Positions 60,201 to 64,000 of a stretch of 64,000 bases of DNA are shown here, piece by piece. The translations under genes were made by a program, and so were the position numbers. Origin of the DNA: the human T2T-CHM13v2.0 reference genome, Homo sapiens; assembly GCF_009914755.1 (NCBI RefSeq), contig NC_060931.1, one strand, 5' to 3'. Positions within the stretch are counted from its first letter, which is position 1, and each line of letters begins with the position of its first letter. A model generated the notes under the pieces. That model saw only the letters and a list, made by a program, of their open reading frames with translations, made no database searches and was not told the DNA's origin.

Positions 60201-60688
60201 TTTACCCTGTTGCCCTCCTCATAATAGCACTGTGCCTGTAAGTAGAAAGAAAGAAAAAAGAAAAGAAAAGGAGGGACATGAAATACTGCAGGTGACATTT
60301 CCTTACAAACCCAATTTTGTATTACTTTGAGATTCTCAGCCCATGGAGACAGAAGAGAATTTTGAACTTGTCTTACTTGCTGGCAAATAAATGAAGAGCG
60401 GGACCTAAGAACTGTGTAGATTAAAAAGGTTCTTCCATATTTCCTAATGAGTGTCCCAAGTATAGATCAATATAACTCTGATTAGAAGCTCATTTGATCT
60501 GTAAATTTTAAAGATGGTTGTGGCTCTGGCACAGTGTGGCAGATGTTCAGCACTGGGGTCTTTGTAGGAATTGATACCTACTGATCCCAAGTACTCACTT
60601 CAACACCTTGTGCTCTCATGAGAAAATTAGAGAAGCCCAAATGCCTATTACAAATGACATCCATATCATATGGAGTTAAATGGGACAA

Positions 60689-60979
<291 letters not shown>

Positions 60980-61099
60980 ACAATTTTAGAAAATTATTAA
61001 AAATCACTTCATATTGAGGCTCATTTGAAGTGTGTCTGAGTGTAGGTGTTTAATTTAGTTTTGGTTTGTTTTTTGCAATCTCAGGTATCTAAAGGCCAG

Positions 61100-61330
61100 T
61101 GCAAGATAGTAATGAAAAAGCATAGCCTCTGGAGCCACACTACCTGGGATAAAATCTTGTCTCTGTCAATTATTAGCTGAGTGATCACTACAGACTAAGT
61201 TAGTTTAACCTTTTTTTGCCTCAGTTTCCCCATCTGGCAAACAGGTTTTTAAAAAACTCAACAGGGCTAGTATGGAACAATACTTGGCACAAAGTAAGTG
61301 CTGTATAAAAGTTTGCTAAATTATCATTAG
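61100..61330 (+). mobile_element. MIR
   Basis: ctctggagccac...gcctcagtttccccatctg...cttggcacaaagtaagtgct. Confidence 0.7.
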
Positions 61331-64000
61331 TAGTCTTGCCTTGCAGTGCCTGGGTCTATAACTGGTTTCTACCCTGATGGGATGGATGCCCTTGGGGGCC
61401 CCAGCTCTCTGTGCTCAGCTTTGCCATAGCCCATAGCTTTGAAATGAGAACATGGTTACAGGGGCCCCAGCTAGCTAGTACATTTAAAAAATGTGGAACT
61501 TTCAATAGAGATGCAAGCAAAGTCCTTTAAACTTGTTGGAGAACTATCATTAAAGGTCTTATTTCTGTTACTGTGCTAGGTCTCAGACATTGAGAAGTTC
61601 AATCGTTGTCAAGTTCTAGGGTGTGACTAAGGTTTAGGAGAAGATTCAGCATTTTAACAGTGGCATCCACAGAAGACACAAGGCTTACTCTTTCTGAGAG
61701 TCTAAATGAATTTGATCGAAGAGATCTCACATTTAAACTTATACTAAAAACGTCTTTTAAAAAAAAAGTTGGTGAGTAGAATATCATGATTACAGGTGTA
61801 GTGAGGTACAAAATAAGTCAGGATCTATTAAAGTACTCCTTTACCCTTTGCAAAATATTCTTAAAATACACCTGGTGATAAGGAGCCAGGGTATATTTTG
61901 TGTGTCTTGGCATGGATTCCCCATCACCACCACCCCAGCCCCAATCTCCAAGTCGTCTTCTCCAGCAAAGCAAAGCAACCTCCTTCTTAAGTTCCAAGCG
62001 AAAACACCCTTCAGTTTTAACTGTTACTCGTGCTTCATGGAATTGATTAAAGTCATGTTAAAAGTCAAAAAGAAGTTTGAAAGAACATTTCCTGTTCCTG
62101 CTGCACTGTATGCCTTATTCTCCATTAATGGCTTTTCTGCAAATTAACACATAATGGGTTAAAAGGATGTTTATGTTGGCATCAAACTCTGGCTTTTTTT
62201 TTTTTTAAAGCAAGACAGTATTTTGCAAACTTTTGAAAGAATCTCTAGCAGATATAATCGTGGCGCCATTCACACGACTGCATAGTAGTTAGGGCTGTGT
62301 CAGCACTTCCATTACGAACCTTGCGTTGCAAGGATTTATTACTCAGCCATAAAGATTTGCTCTGGGCTGAAACTTGACATACACAGTTTCAAACCAGGGA
62401 ACACATTTTTGAGAAATCTGGCTTTTTTTTTTTTTTTTTTTTTTTTTGGAGTGAAAAGGAAGAAAAAGGTGGTGAGGGGGACATGGGGAAAATAATCAGT
62501 ACTCACTAACTTTTGACATTTTTGCCCACATGACATCAAAGTGCATTAAACACTAAAGAAATGCAGTCTTGATTTATTACTGTTTCACTTTTTTCTGCCA
62601 TAGAGTAGGAAAAAAATCAGGTATATTTTAGCTTATAATCAAAGTTTAGAAAACTTCTATATGTCAGTGTCCTCATGTCTTCATGTTTAGAAATTCAAAA
62701 CAATACAACTGGGAACCTAACATTTTTGTAAATACAAATCAACTCATAAACCTCACATTGACGTCAAAGAAAGATATCCTTCACTTTTAGTTTGGTTTGG
62801 TTTCTTGCTGCTGTTTATGAACTGATTTCACTGTAAAATTCCCATGAGAGCCACTGTCCTTATTTAATCTAATGTTTTTCCTGGCTACATGGGTTTTATT
62901 TTTTATCTCTTAGAGATCCTTGAAAAATATTTTTGAATAATTTTTATATTGAAATTTAAAGCAGCATCACTGAAACAAGTCAGGACATATTTGTAGTAGA
63001 TATTTTTAAAATATCTTTTAACAGAAATGAGATACTAAAAAACTCAGTATAAGTTGTGAACTTCATTATAAATTGTACATTTTTATAGAGGGAAAAAAAT
63101 CACAAGAAGGCAGAACCCAAAAGATATAGTTTAAAGTAGTATAAATTAATTAAAGAGAAACTGACAAAGTATACATTGAGGATAGCAGGAAAGGTCAAGA
63201 AAACACGGCAAATGAAATACAATCATGCTTGAAAGATTTATTTAAAAGTATTTTCATATAAAAAATAAGAAAAATTAACATTTCTACAATAAAAAGTGGA
63301 CCCTAAGTGAAATTTATATTCTATTGTAATTTTGCAGGCCACAAATTTGTAGAATTAGGCTGTCTTCTGAATTTCATGTATTCTGTAAAATTTCTTTCAT
63401 ACATGTTATTCAAATTCAATATAACTGGTTAAATTTTGGTAACTTTGAAAATTGTCTTATCATTTGGATTACATGTAAGTTACATCCATGCATTCTACTT
63501 TTCATAGTGTAGAATCTACTTCTTCTTAAAGAGCTCTTTAAATGCACAAAGTATTGTTAGCTGCCAGTTCTTGGCAGAAACACTCCATGTTTTGTGTTGT
63601 GAAAACAAAGAAAAAAAATCTGCTATAATAGTATTTTCTGCTTAACCTATAAGAAAAACTATTATCCATGCCCACATTTTGTTTTGGTATGCCCTTTGCT
63701 ATTAAATCCTATCTTTTTAATGCCATGAACTTGTTAAAAATAATTTATTAGATTCCAGGGATAGGGAAAAGCTGTAGAAACAGATACTTGAGGTAGAATA
63801 TGGCATCTATCTTGGAGTAAAACAATTCTGATTCTATTTGTTTATTCCTGTATTTTGAACTTTGTGGAATCCATTAATCAACCAATTTTCTTTCATGAAA
63901 TATGATGCCTGGAGAGGTTTTTATCTCTGAATACACCTTTTGGTTGTGGTTCCTGGATACTCCATTATGTTTTCATGATATTGAACAACACTTATCAATT

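Overview
Primate (human-like) genomic DNA: AT-rich and CpG-depleted, dense in Alu, L1, L2, MIR, MLT and MER repeats. No prokaryotic features, CRISPR, rRNA or tRNA were seen. The only host coding sequence I can support is one 90-nt phase-1/phase-1 exon at 59398-59487 (+). It encodes EDEEDEEMVESKVGQDSELENQDKKQEVKE, which I recognise from memory as DYNC1I1 (cytoplasmic dynein 1 intermediate chain 1), so the rest of the window is intron of that gene. The standout structure is an essentially full-length L1PA3-type LINE-1 (20760-26961, 19-bp TSD) whose entire 5' half is inverted by twin priming with almost no sequence loss. This puts the bidirectional 5'UTR in the middle of the element. The sense promoter faces left into a broken ORF1 and an open 335-aa endonuclease ORF. 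The antisense promoter faces right into an open reading frame that fuses antisense-UTR codons in frame to ORF2 aa ~319-936 (RT core), followed by the L1 poly(A) signal. Other observations are a second, older inverted L1, several candidate cryptic/poison exons (some beside UG repeats), a 123-bp local duplication, a triplicated TE junction and a TF-motif cluster near the exon. Repeat names and boundaries come from recalled consensus sequences and are approximate. No expression is demonstrated by the sequence.
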